Shown here piece by piece: positions 27,201 through 38,993 of a stretch of 64,000 nt of DNA. A model generated the notes under the pieces. That model searched no databases, was not told the DNA's origin, and saw nothing but the letters and a program-made list of their open reading frames with translations. The position numbers were made by a program, and so were the translations under genes. Position 1 is the first letter of the stretch, and every line of letters starts with the position of its first letter. The DNA is from Antedon mediterranea (taxonomy: Eukaryota; Animalia; Echinodermata), in the NCBI RefSeq assembly GCF_964355755.1, contig NC_092671.1, forward strand, positions 2,108,001 through 2,172,000, given 5' to 3'.

Positions 27201-30200
27201 GAGGTACTACAGCAAAAAGAAGAGCGAGAATCCACAGTTAATGAACACGCCAAAAAGCTGCACGAATTGGAGAATCAGCTTGAAGGCATGAATTCCAAAC
27301 TGGAAGAAGAAATAAATAAAAATGAAGAACTTAATTTACAATTAGTTTCCCTTAGAAAACGAGCTGAAGATTTGCAATATGTTGAAGAGGAGTTTAATTC
27401 TCTGAAGTCCAGCACACGGACCATTGTTGCTGAAAAGGAGAAAGATATTGCACAGTTAGAGCAGGTTAGAGATTCACTTAAGCAAACTGAAGACCGCTGT
27501 GCCAATCTGGAAAAGGAGAACCAAAGTCTGTGTGACCAGTTAGAAGAACTGAAAGTAAATTTAGAAAAACTTAAAGAAACTAATATTGATGATGGAAATA
27601 ATATAAGATTACTTACAAAACAACAAGAAAATATGACAGAGGAGTTAAATGAAGAAAGAAATGCTAGAGATGTTATTCAAAAGCAGAATGAAAAGCTGAA
27701 AGCCCGGTTGATGAAAACGGACGAAACCTACAAGGCAGTAACAAAACAGTTAGAAGATTTGAAAAAGAAGAAGGAAGAGTTAAGTGAGACTGTTATACGT
27801 AAGCATGAAGATGTTTTTGAACAAAAAATTGGGAATATGAAGATTGAATTCGAAAGTCTTAGACAATCACATGACCAAAGTTTTGAAGAAAAAAACTCTC
27901 TTACAAAAGATCTCCAGAATGAAAGAGCAAAATATGATGCATTAAATACTGAACTGACTGAGTTACAAGACAATTACAAACAAGCACTTTCTACTGTTGA
28001 TGAAAATGAAAAAGATATTTCTATGCTGAAAAAACATCTAAAAACCGCTAAAGAAAAGATAATGCAACTAAAAAATGAAAAATCTGCAGATAGTGATGCT
28101 GCAGCTGCTGTAGAGGTCCAGAATAAAGAGCTGCAAAGTACAATAGAAGCTGCAACTAAGAAAGCTAAAGAGCTACAACTGATGAACCAGCAAATCTCAA
28201 AAGATTTAACAACTGTTAGAGATGAGAATGCTCAGGTACAAGAAGAAGTTGGCAATCTTAAAGTCAAGTTAGACAAAATGAGAATCTTAAAAGAAGAAGA
28301 AATTACCCAACTGCAAGAAGAATTGGATGAAACACAAAATGATTGGCAAGCAAAATATAATGAAGATATAAAGAAATCGAAAGATGAATGTGAAACAATG
28401 AAGACTGAATGTAGCAATGTGTTGGAGGAAAATTCTAAGTTGATGTCTGAAAATGATAAAATGAAATGGGACCACGATGAAACACAAGCTGAATTTGAAC
28501 TTTTGCAGGAAGATCATAATAAATCATTGTTAGAAATTGAAAGCTTGACAACACAACAATCAGAGCTTAAAGATGATAGTTCCATCCTCCGACAAGAAAA
28601 AGACAAGCTAATAGAAGAATTAGAAAAATGCAAACATGAACTTGGGAATGTTTCAACTCTGTTAGATGATGTGAACGCTCAAAAACATACTATTGACACA
28701 GAAAATGCAAATCTTGTTCTTGAAGTTGAAAAGCTTAGAGAAATAGCAAAACATGAAGAAGAACTTAGAGAAGAGGTTGATACATTAAAATCAGGATTAA
28801 AGTCAACGAAAGAAAAACTTGATATAAGCTTTGATAATAATCAGAAATTGACTTTAAACCAAAGTGGCATTGACTTGGAACGTTCTAAAGCTAAAGCAAC
28901 AGAAAAAGAAATTTTAGAAGAAATGCGAATGATCTCCACCGAGAAACAGCAGTTGAAATCAAGTGTTGAAACCCAGAACACTCAACTTGCTCAGTTGGCA
29001 GAACAGTTAAAACAAGTTCAGTTAACTGCTGATTATTATCAAGCAAGAAATGAGGAACTGACTGATGAAGTGGAAGAAATGAAAGAGACAATGCAAGAAA
29101 TGACAAATGAAAAGACAAAGAAAATGAGCTCTCCAGTAGCCATCATCCCAGAGATGCCACCAAGTTCGGACGTTGAAAGAGAAAAACTTCAAGGGTCTTA
29201 TGATGAAAGTCGTCAACAGCTTCAAAGTGTATTAGAAGAACGTGACCTGTTGACACGCAGTCTTCATTTACGTGAGCAAAGGTCAGTTAGTAACATTTTG
29301 TTTCATAGATGGCAATTTATATTCACTCTAGAATCTGTATTTTCTATAAAAAAAAAACAATGAAAGCCTATTTGATAACTGCAAGAAAATCAGAAAGAGT
29401 AGTACTGGAAAGTCAACACATGACACAAAGGAATCTTAAATAACTGACACATTTTTTTTTATAGGAACCAGGAGTTAACTGCTCAAATCGGGTCTGTGGT
29501 AGAAGAACGCAATAATCTTTCAGTACAACTGCACAATATTCATCGGACATTACGGGACACTGATAATCGATACAAGGAATTAGCTTACAGACATAATGCC
29601 TTAGAACAAAAGTTTGCTAGCGGCCAGGTCTCTCAACCAAAGGTATTTTTTTATAATATTAATTTGTCTTATGTTTCTTTGTTCTATTCTAATCCATTTA
29701 GGCTTTGTATGGCTACTAAGCCTAAGTCTACTAAGAACAGAGCGCCTAACAATATTAAAACTATTTTATAAAAATAAAAGTCTTAAGATTATGTTTAATC
29801 TAATTCGAAAACATTTTCATATGCAGTTTAATATATTCAGTTGTTTGTCACGAACATTATTATGTTGCATATTTTTATTTTATAGATTGTTGAAGAACCA
29901 ATAGTAGTTCCACATACAGCAGAAGTTCAATGGTCAGCCCCTCCTACAAAACAAGAGGACCAATCACATGACTTGTTACAGACTGACTTAATTAATCTCA
30001 CTAAAAGGTACAGTATTGTGTTGAATGTGCTACATAATGTAGAAGTATATGCACATTGTTGAACATTGCATAGTTATTTTTTTTTTTACATCATAGACTA
30101 AAAGAAAAAATTATATGATACACCTTAAAATTAATATATGAACATTAATGTGTTATTTTAAACATTTACATGTAAAGTTTGTGTTAAGTTATTTGTTTAT

Positions 30201-31926
30201 ATTTATACATTACAGATTGGAAGAATCAGAACAAGCCAGGCTAGCAATGGCAAAGGAGTTTGCTAAGCTTGAGGTATTTAAATTTTTAAGTAATTATTTT
30301 AATTAGCATTAGTATTAAAAATTCCATAGCAATATGCCTAAATAATAATAAATTTTGTCATTGCATAAGGCTTTGTCCACACTATAAACTCAAAATCACT
30401 CACTATCAAAAATGTGTGATTTGCCCAAATATGGTAGTCGTATGTCCATCAAGTGTGACAGTGTTGACATTGATGTTGATATTGATAGTTGTCTTATGTT
30501 GTTAAATAAACATTTTCTTTTGTGAATCTTTTTTTTGTAGACCGCTGTAGAGGTTGAGCAAAACAAACGACTACAAGTTGAAGAGTCTCTCTTCAGAGCA
30601 CAAGACCAACTTAAGTTTGAAGCTAACAAGCTACCGCCCCCCACATCTGAATACAGCAGCATCATGATCGATGATAGTGGTAGTGCGCCCTCTATGCTTC
30701 CTCACTCGTCCGATACCATTCTTAGTAAGAAAGCCTTACCTCCTCCTTCTTCAAGGGAATTTAATTTTCTGCGGGCAGACACAACCCTTGGTATGTTTGT
30801 ATTGATACAGAAATAAAAATACTGTCGCCTTTGATGCACTTTGTAAAATGCCTGCGCCGGTTTGTTTTACTCCTTTCAACTTTATTTAGTCATTTATTTT
30901 TTTCAATATTTATTAGTTCAGATTTTATTTTAGGCTTCAATGCGTACATGCATGTTTTACTTCATTTCTCTGTCCCCATATGTATGTATTTCTCAATGAG
31001 AATGCATTATATTTCAGTCTTTTTGTTATTTCAACCTTACATCCCACAGTATATTTTTTGTAAAAATTGTTTTTATTCTGTAAAATTTTGCTGTACAAAG
31101 CATGCATTGGTAACCATCATAATGTCACAGTTTATGTGTACTTTCATTGATTCATGTGTTCTTTATCACTTGTTTTTGTGTACTTGCATAGATTCATGTA
31201 ACTATTACTGTACAAAGTATTGTATGAATTGTACACCAGATATGTGCATTAGAAACCATGATGTCACAGTTTATGTGTACTTTCATTGATTCATGTGTTC
31301 TTTATCACTTGTTTTTGTGTACTGTCATAGATTCATGTAACTATTACTGTACAAAGTATTGTACACCAGTTATGTTATGTTCATTGGTAACCATCATGTC
31401 ACATTTTATGTGTAAATTCTCTGATTCATGTGTTCCTTGTCACTTGTTTTTGTGTACTGTCATAGATTCATGTGTAATTTTTATATTATTAACTGATTTA
31501 ATATTTGAAACACAATGATTGATAAATAACTATTTCTTCTTTGGTCTTTAGCTCGTCATGCGCATTCATTTACCTCTCATGTGAAACGTTGGTGCCAAGG
31601 TAGAAAGTAAGTAGCCTTCTCAAGATAAAAGAAACCTTTCATTTTCACTACCGAGTGTAACAGTCATTCTGAGCACGCTTAAAACATACGAACGACATTT
31701 ATAGTGGTTACCAGCTCGCACTCTATTATACTTTTATAATTTAAAACAATTGAATTATTAGTTGTTTATTGATTTATATTTTTTCTACATTTATTTATGA
31801 TCTGTATGTATTTTTATATTCCACAGTCAATACTTCCAACGCAAGTTCCGTCAAAACCCACCTCTACTATCGTTATATCTATTCTTAGTACATGCTGCTC
31901 TAGTGTATATGTTGTACATATGCTAA
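12222..31926 (+). CDS. GOLGB1: Giantin / golgin subfamily B member 1-like tail-anchored coiled-coil protein, 19 coding exons, ~3071 aa
   Basis: The N-terminus MWSRFSNLAQ...ISQLKDMIREKDAQLRQKE...KFKLQAKAKISSLNNQIDELK matches the recalled giantin N-terminus (MLSRLSGLA...ELKDIIRQKDVQLQQKD...KLKLHAKAKLTSLNKYIEEMK). C-terminal TM LLSLYLFLVHAALVYMLYIC* carries the Y...H signature of giantin/golgin-84/CASP. Exons: 12222-12353, 12472-12663, 13209-13328, 14857-15213, 15477-15641, 15761-16747, 17814-17931, 18320-18471, 18790-18939, 20328-20478, 21316-21599, 23267-23410, 23781-29281, 29465-29642, 29886-30007, 30216-30273, 30541-30790, 31552-31606, 31827-31926 (9216 nt, in frame). Confidence 0.85.
12687..13085 (-). 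mobile_element. 3' remnant of a CR1/L2-type LINE; shorter related copy at ~20588-20720
   Basis: Both sites share ATTCATTCAT..TTTCCTTTATTTC.GAT.GTACATCCATATAC...CCAGGAAATT. On the minus strand this is AATAAA followed by a (GAAT)n tail. Confidence 0.5.
19113..19470. repeat. 25-bp minisatellite, ~14 copies
   Basis: Unit CCTCACAGCCTAGGGTCTTGTGTNT, contiguous with no spacers. Confidence 0.95.
19757..19940 (+). mobile_element. Penelope-like pLTR fragment with decayed minimal hammerhead ribozyme
   Basis: TTTCTC-ACCC-CTAAGGA-T-GATCAA-AGTATA-TTGATC-AAAACGTT-GAGAAA (19835-19884) gives stem I / CUGANGA-like / stem II / GAAAC-GUH-like / stem I', with two core substitutions. Element boundaries are approximate. 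Confidence 0.5.
20136..20223. mobile_element. Harbinger-like MITE family A copy (deleted)
   Basis: TGTCTACACTATCAAACT...TTTGATAGTGTAGACAGAGCT. Confidence 0.7.
21677..22467. mobile_element. Tc1/mariner (pogo/Tigger-like) non-autonomous DNA transposon
   Basis: Perfect 27-bp TIR CCGTATATTTCGGTGTATAAGTCGCAC with TA on both sides; subterminal GTATAAGACGCACC repeats. Confidence 0.9.
22594..23237 (+). mobile_element. Helentron-associated interspersed element (HINE / DINE-1-like)
   Basis: 5' TT-ACCTCCGCCAAGGAGG (sub-TIR plus short IR), then a (GTTT)n microsatellite. 3' end GGTGGAGGT (complement of the sub-TIR), stem-loop CACTCTCGGAGTG, then CTAGTT. Confidence 0.75.
23513..23640. mobile_element. Harbinger-like MITE family A copy
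   Basis: GGCTCTGTCCACACTATCAAACT...AGTTTGAAAGTGTAGACAGAGCT with TTA TSD (23510-12, 23641-43). Confidence 0.85.
31105..31475. repeat. ~130-150-bp tandem duplication, ~2.5 copies (intronic)
   Basis: ATGTCACAGTTTATGTGTACTTTCATTGATTCATGTGTTCTTTATCACTTGTTTTTGTGTAC is repeated. It explains the ORFs at 30831-31518. Confidence 0.85.
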
Positions 31927-33665
31927 ACACACAGTTACTAAAACAAGTCATCATCTCATCTCCCAGAGGACTACAAGACTACAGTTACTACTAGTCTGTC
32001 AGGTATTCTGTATTTATTAATAACCAAATGTTTGAGTTGTTTCTGCCTTATATCTGTATATTCTACTCACTTATGTGTAACAAGCCGGTAGCCAGGATTT
32101 TTATAGTAGGGGGTGCTGGGGGAGGGGAGAGATTCTTCTTCCACAAAAGTTGCAAAAAAATGGTCAGGCAAGTTAGGGCTATTTAATGTCATCTTCAATG
32201 CTGTTAAAAAGGCCACATCAAGAAAGGGGGGGCTTTTTGTACTCTGAAATTGACAGTTGTGTAGCCTATTATGACCCACCTTATGAAATAGTGCAGTTAA
32301 TGCACAGATGTAATATATTTCAATTTAAACTGCACATTATTATAATTGTTTTTGTTATAATTTTATTTTAAATTTTGTTTCTGTTTATCATTATTATAAT
32401 ACATTTATTGCAAACTAGAATTTTTTTTTTATTAAACAGTAATACTAAACTATTTTATAATTTTTGAGGAACTGTATTTTCTCATGTAAAATACTCACAC
32501 AATATCAATCGTGCTATTTTAAAGTCAGCTTTTTAAATCTTCACATTTTGTTCCATTCAAATAATCATTATCAACTTCACTATGTGAATATTTAAATTTT
32601 AATAAAATGTAATCATGATTTATTATGTAAGTATCTTGTATTATAAGATAATATTTTATTTAGTATTTGAATTGAATGATCGATTGATTGATTAAAGTAT
32701 TGATTAGTTGATTGATTAATTGATCGATTGATTGGTGGATTGGTGGTGGTTGTTAGATATAAACCTAAAGAGCTTATTTAATTAACTTTAAGTATGTTAT
32801 AAAGAAGTGTATGTAATAAATGTCATGAACATTTAAAGATTTATATAAAGTTTATTTCAGTTTTCTTTAAAATATTAATTATTAATAAATTAATTCATCA
32901 ACTCTGTGTTACATATGGTACAACAATACATTATTTAAAGATTTATATAAAATTTATTTCAGTTTTCTCTCACAATATAAACAAAGCTTAATTATTAATA
33001 AATTTGTTTGTATTCAGTAATTCCGTGTGATATGCTACAACAATACATTATTTTATATATTTAATCTATGCCTGTAAATGTCTATCTTACGTCTACTATT
33101 TCAGTAATTGTCTATGTTATAGACACAATACATGTTTTGATGTGGACATTACACACACACAACAAACCTAAATATAGAACACACTTTTCAATATATAGTA
33201 TTTTTATATTTTATCTACTATTTCAGCTTTTTTCTATACACACAGAAACATACATAACAAACTAATTCATTACTTGTCAGTCTATAATATTTCAGATTTT
33301 GTTTCTTTGATTTATAAAATAAAATTCTTTACAAAATATTAAAGCCTCATTTTACAAAATACATTAAATTGCATTGTTTTTAATGTTAAACACGAACCAA
33401 GAAGACACCTTTAAAATGAATACTGTAATTTAAAGATGTAAATGTTACAGGATTCAATATAACAAGATATAATTCATTAATGGCAAAACTGTGAAAATTT
33501 TAATTACTGTTAATAATACATAAACAAATTATGTAAATATGCTATATCGATGGATATTTTAATAGTGTGATAAAAACGCCTCAGATGGGATTCTAACAAG
33601 GCAATTTAATGAAACATAGCTTAATGGTGGATTTACTGCCCATGGCAGCGGGTGGTGTACTATAA

Positions 33666-33798
33666 AGCTCTGTCTACACTATCAAACTTGTGACAACAAA
33701 ATGTAATGTGCCCATATATGGACACGATGACGTCACATCACTATATTTGGGCACATCACACTTTTCTGTAAAACTAGTTTGATAGTGTAGACAGAGAT
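33666..33798. mobile_element. Harbinger-like MITE family A copy
   Basis: AGCTCTGTCTACACTATCAAACT...AGTTTGATAGTGTAGACAGAG. Confidence 0.8.
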
Positions 33799-33978
33799 TC
33801 GAACAAGAAACCATTACTGCTTTATGGTAGATTTACATGCTTACAAGAAATTTTGGGAATTATATATAGAAGACGACTGACGAATTGACCATCTTCCTGC
33901 TACAACGTCTGATGAGGACCGTAACACGATGCGTTTCTAGCATCTGCACTCGACACAAGCGCGTAATTTGTTCCAACT

Positions 33979-36900
33979 TTATAAATGAGCAGCACTTGCG
34001 TTGACGTAACAAGGCACCGTAAACGATGACGCACCGGATGCCATGTCATCGATTGCTGAGAACGTTGATGCAATTCCACCGAATATTCCAATTAAAATTA
34101 TCTCGTAATGAATCACTCTTTCGTAAAGAGGGATTATCCTGAAGGAAAAAATGGAAAAATATGCTAAAACTTGTAATGTGTCTCATGGGTTTTTGTTCCC
34201 GCTTCGGATGATCGAAGGTTGTTAAAAGGAGAGATGTTGTAAGCAGAGAAGAAATATATTCTATATATGTATGGAAGAGATGTTTACACACACAGAACAA
34301 CTACCACACGACCAACTACCACACGGATAACTACCCCTGGACAACTACCCCCTTGACAACTACCACACGACCAACTACCACACGGATAACTACCACCCGG
34401 ACAACTACCACACGGATAACTACCCCCCGGACAACTACCCCCTTGACAACTACCACACAAACAACTACCATACGGACAACTACCCCTGGACAATACCACC
34501 CGGACAATAAAGTTTGCACCTCATTCTCCCAGTACAAAATAAGTCTTTTGTTTTGAGTAAGAATTAAGTTTGTAGATACTTACACAGGTTTATTGCCATC
34601 ATCTTCCATTGTCATCAGACGAATGTAGAATAAAGACGGAAAAACAAACGTTAGAAAAACTACAGTCGAGCCTCCGACCAGAGATAAAATAGCACCAAAA
34701 TGAGGGATAGTTTCAGCAACAAACAAATTACATGCTACGACAAACGACCGCACGATGCAGCGTTTTATTCCGAACCCTGAAAATAAAGATTAAAAATTAA
34801 AGTTATTTTCTTACAAACGAGAACATCTGAGATTTGGAAGCGACGGCGAAGGATTGATAAAGATAACACCGATGTACCAAAGGGATAGTTTAAAGCTTCG
34901 TTCTCAATGGTGGAGACGCAACATAAGAACGTAACGCAACGTGATTTGACCAATCACAAGCGATGAAATATTCAAACTGTCGCTTATCATTGGTCAACAC
35001 GCTTACGTTGCGTTACGTCCTTGTGTTGCGTCTCTAGTGAGAACCACTCTTCAATGTTGTGTGACGTCAAATGAGAATGAGAGGATTTCGACATGTGTAG
35101 ATTTGTTGGCAACATGATTCTGAGGATGGTAGTTATTGTCGGGCAACAGTGGTTAACCAATGGAAGAGTAATTTATGTGAAGAGACATGCCGCGAGTTGG
35201 GTTGTATTGAGGATCCAGATTCCGATCCAGGAAAGAAAGGAACAATAACTGTAGAAATATAGTGTTTTAATTCTTTTTTAAAGACAATACGTTTAACTTG
35301 AAATAACGTACAGTAATGTGAACATCAACACTAACCTGGTTTGACCCCTAGAGCTTCCTCAAACTGTTGACAAAAAGGATTTATAACAATAATGTAGCCA
35401 AACGTGAGGTGAGCAGTTATCAACACTGTCACAGTGGTAGTAATGCCACCGGGTGACATAAGTGATAGAATACTGTCACCGTTTGGGTTCGTGTCCAACT
35501 TGTCACCGTAGATGAAATACCCGGATGTTGCCACTGGTAGATACATTAAGACAATAACTGTAATAATAAATTATTATTCTAATCGGATTGAAGACAACAA
35601 TATTTAAAAGTATACTCTTCTCTAACTCCTCCAAATATTTTGGGATAGGCCCTACTTCTTGCGTAGCTAACGCCGATGACAAAAACTATAAATGTACACT
35701 GCTAAACCTTGATTGCTTAGCTAATAATACTTGTCGTTCAAGTTGCAGGCGCTAACATATATTACAGAACCTACCAACTGAAATAAAATATTTCCCAACA
35801 ATTGTTTCATTTAAAGCTAAGATATCAATCTTATTTTTTCCACAAAACTAACTTTTTCCCCCGATTTATTTTGTATTTAGGACCACAATGCAAAACAGGT
35901 TTTCTTTTACCTGATTGTGTAATCCTGGATAAAGATGTAAATAATAAATAAATAAATAAATAAATACAATATTTGTCTATATAATATTTCATTAATCAAT
36001 AATATCAACTTTACTATACCTGCATAAGACCATATTACACCCCATTTAAAATTACTAGGTCTCTTCATGTCGTGTTGGATTGTCGGAAAGGCGGCATGTC
36101 CTCCAAATGCAAATAAAATAGTACCAAATGCGACAAAGAACTTCTTGAATGTTGTGTTGGAATGTTGTGGTTCTGGGTTAATCTTAATGTCCATTAGAAT
36201 CTGTACAAACATCAGTAGACATGCGAGCACGGTAGCTGACATCGCACCGACTGCAATCGGCCTATATTCAATTGAAGTTTACATTGATTCAGGATTGAAA
36301 GCGCTTATGAATGTTACTTTATTACATGGATCTTCGTAATAAGAAGATGCTTTTACATACGAACCAGAAAGATGGGTAATAGCAATTTAAATTGTACCTG
36401 TCGTTTAAGCCAAACTTTATAAATAAGTACGGTAAATAAACACTTATGTTAGTTTGTTTTCTCGTGTGAACACAAAAGTATACTTTTTCTCGTGCGAACA
36501 CGAAAGTATACGTATAATAATTATTGAAAAGAAGTTGTTCTCTTTTGTGTGGGAGAAAACTCAGTACTACTGTATACGGGGGTATACCCAGTATTAAAAT
36601 GTGTTGTATTCAAAGACGACAAAGCCAATAAACGACAATGCAGACATAATGTTGACGAATGTGCACTGTTTATATTATTACGAATGAGGGTACGTTTATT
36701 GTAAATACATAATAGAAGAATAACGGTTAAAAAAGAACGACGTTTCAACAGCATCATGGGGTCATTATCAAGTCCAATGAATGAAATTTTATTATTGTTT
36801 TAATTATAAGAAAACAAACTAACCAGAAATCCTTTGGTGTTCCAAGCCAAGTAAACGGACATAGAACAGCGGCTATAATAGGCAACCAGGCGCAAAATGA

Positions 36901-38993
36901 TATTCCTCCAGTGAACAGGGATTGTATATTCTCTGATGCTATGAGTAGAAATACAGTACTGACGCCGAACAATGTAAAAAGTACGCAGAAACTGACAATA
37001 TACCTAAAGATAAACGAAATATTTGACATTGCCAATGCAGAATTAATAAAAATACATTTCCTTCTAAATTTTATAAAAATTCAGATTTTTATTAGAACGC
37101 AAAAGAATTCATCAAGACGCTTGGATGATGAAGCTTGTCACCCTGTTCAATCAAGGATCTAACCAGACGCTGAGCTCCGGAGATCAAAGGTTTTACCTGT
37201 TACTGCAATATGATAACGATCAGTTCAACGCCCCTTAATATAGATCAAAGGACTTATACGAGTTCCTATTTTGGCAAGGCGAGCTCAGTGTCTTGTTGGA
37301 TTGCCTTGTCCTAATTCTCTTTAGATCTTACTTGATCACACGATGGGTCGTGCGTGTCAGCGAAACAAAATACTTCTAAAATGGATGTGTTTATTTCATC
37401 AGTGTTTGGACACGGGAGCTAACAGAACACTCGCTGATTTGTACAATTGGGCGCATTTTACAATACGTTTGTGTGGTCAGCAAAGACCTGAGCCAATGTC
37501 ATGTAATCGAAAATTCGTTATTAAGAACAGTTACTTACTTTCCAGGGTTTCCAAATGCCTCGTACCCAATAGCAGGATAAGGGTATGGCACGTGTTCCCT
37601 GTAGAGTGGAAATCGGTTTTGTAAAATGATCCAACATCGACCAAGAATAATGGCAGTGTACGCTGATGATATTGCACACAAGATGATCATAACTATGCCG
37701 AACCAACCTAAGATATACAAACTATTGTTAACATTAATAATCGTTTACACAGACGCGGCAACGATAGGCGAAAAACCTTGTAGTTGTCCCACGTAGAATC
37801 TGTATTTATCCGAGCGGGTTTCCGCTCAACTACACGTCCGCTCTGCGTTTTGCGTAAATGGTCATAAATAAATATAACATAGCTTCTATATTATTGATCC
37901 GCTTATACCGTTAACCGCTCGTCTGTGTAAATTGGCATTTATATTCTTTGAAAAATACCATTTGGGACAATACATGAAGCTTCATATCATAGGCCTAATA
38001 TGTTTTATTTCTCAATTGTATTTTTGATGCTGCATCGTTTTTATTTGATCATTTCCATGATGTATTTATAGGCATAATTGGCAACGGTCGTCCGTGTGTG
38101 ATAAGAATATTACTATTAAGTAATACAATCATTTAGCCCGAAAATGAATCCAAACAAATGTCTATCCTACCAGTATCAACCACCGCCTTCGGCAGGGCTA
38201 GAACACCACTTCCAGCCATCTCACCGACAACAAACACCCCTGCGGTCAAAATAGTCAAACCCTTAAATAAGATAAAAGTTTGAATATTAAGTTTACAATT
38301 CGTTTAAGCGAAGACGTAATCCGTTCAACGAAAAATAAATCTGTTTAACAGAAAACAAATTATTACTTCAACACATTTTTAATCTGTTTAAATAAGAAGT
38401 TCAACTTCTATGTTAATGAATCTTTAAGTTGTATAATGCTGCTGCAGGCCTATGCTATGGAATCAGCAGACCGGATTTAGTAGCGTGATTCCCAGACGCA
38501 AGAACGTACGCGCAACGCAAGCGAGTTGACCAATAAATGACAAGCCACTGTTCGAATAATCACTTGTGATTGGTCATATCACTTACGTTGCGTTACGTCC
38601 TTGCGTTGAGTCGCTAGTTGGAACCAAGCTTTAGTAAGACCTAAGCCTATTGAAATTGACCAATTTCAAGTTTACGACTACTATAGAAAATGTCATTTTT
38701 GTTGTGAATAAAATTTAGGTGAATTCGTTGAAACAAGGCAACCTTGGTTAAAATAACGAATATATAGCATTACAAGTCTAAATGATCTACTCTTTTACCC
38801 ACTCGACATGGTTATATATAAACTGGGTGTTTACACAAAAAATGTCGTTGTTTACATAAACCCTGGTATTATATATTACGGAAGAATTATATAGGACTTT
38901 GTATAATGATAATAGTGTTTGATTTACCTTAACTGTTCCGGCATCGACATTAGCCGTCATGAGTGGTGTTAACTCGTCCTGTAAACTCATCAT
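33979..38993 (-). CDS. Amino-acid transporter, Aa_trans (AAAP) family, AVT1/SLC32-36-38-like, 8 exons, ~440 aa
   Basis: Exons 38993-38928, 38261-38171 ([31 protein letters not shown]), 37707-37539 ([10 protein letters not shown]...[11 protein letters not shown]), 37003-36824 (WLGTPKDFW), 36261-36020 ([24 protein letters not shown]), 35557-35336, 34776-34584 ([15 protein letters not shown]...FVFPSLFY), 34138-33979 (FTVPCYVN...TAA). 1323 nt in frame. Confidence 0.9.
34293..34510. repeat. GGACAACTACC-type ~15-bp minisatellite (intronic)
   Basis: About 14 variants of (GG)ACAACTACC(ACAC/CCC). It explains the low-complexity ORFs at 34284-34556. Confidence 0.9.
34893..35050. mobile_element. MITE family B; related copy at ~38488-38631
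   Basis: Long imperfect inverted arms GACGCAACATAAGAACGTAACGCAACG...TTGACCAAT / ATTGGTCAA...CGTTGCGTTACGTCCTTGTGTTGCGTC. The same arms occur at 38488-38631. Confidence 0.75.
37741..37936. mobile_element. MITE with TTTACACAGACG inverted ends
   Basis: TTTACACAGACGCGG ... CCGCTCGTCTGTGTAAA. Confidence 0.55.

Noticed and set aside
24776-29225. Many Ser/Phe-rich minus-strand ORFs
   Set aside because: Antisense shadows of the Glu/Lys-rich giantin exon.
30831-31518. 152-aa and 86-aa hydrophobic ORFs
   Set aside because: T-rich intronic tandem duplication between giantin exons, with no splice or homology support.
12222-31926. Assignment as GOLGA4 or another GRIP golgin (human GOLGA4 lies near CTDSPL)
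   Set aside because: There is no C-terminal GRIP domain; the protein ends in a TM anchor and has the giantin N-terminal motif.
33905-33950. CTGATGAG hammerhead-like core
   Set aside because: No closing stem II or GAAA follows it.
34284-34556. Thr-rich mucin-like and Val/Gly-Cys-rich ORFs
   Set aside because: They arise from the GGACAACTACC minisatellite inside a transporter intron.
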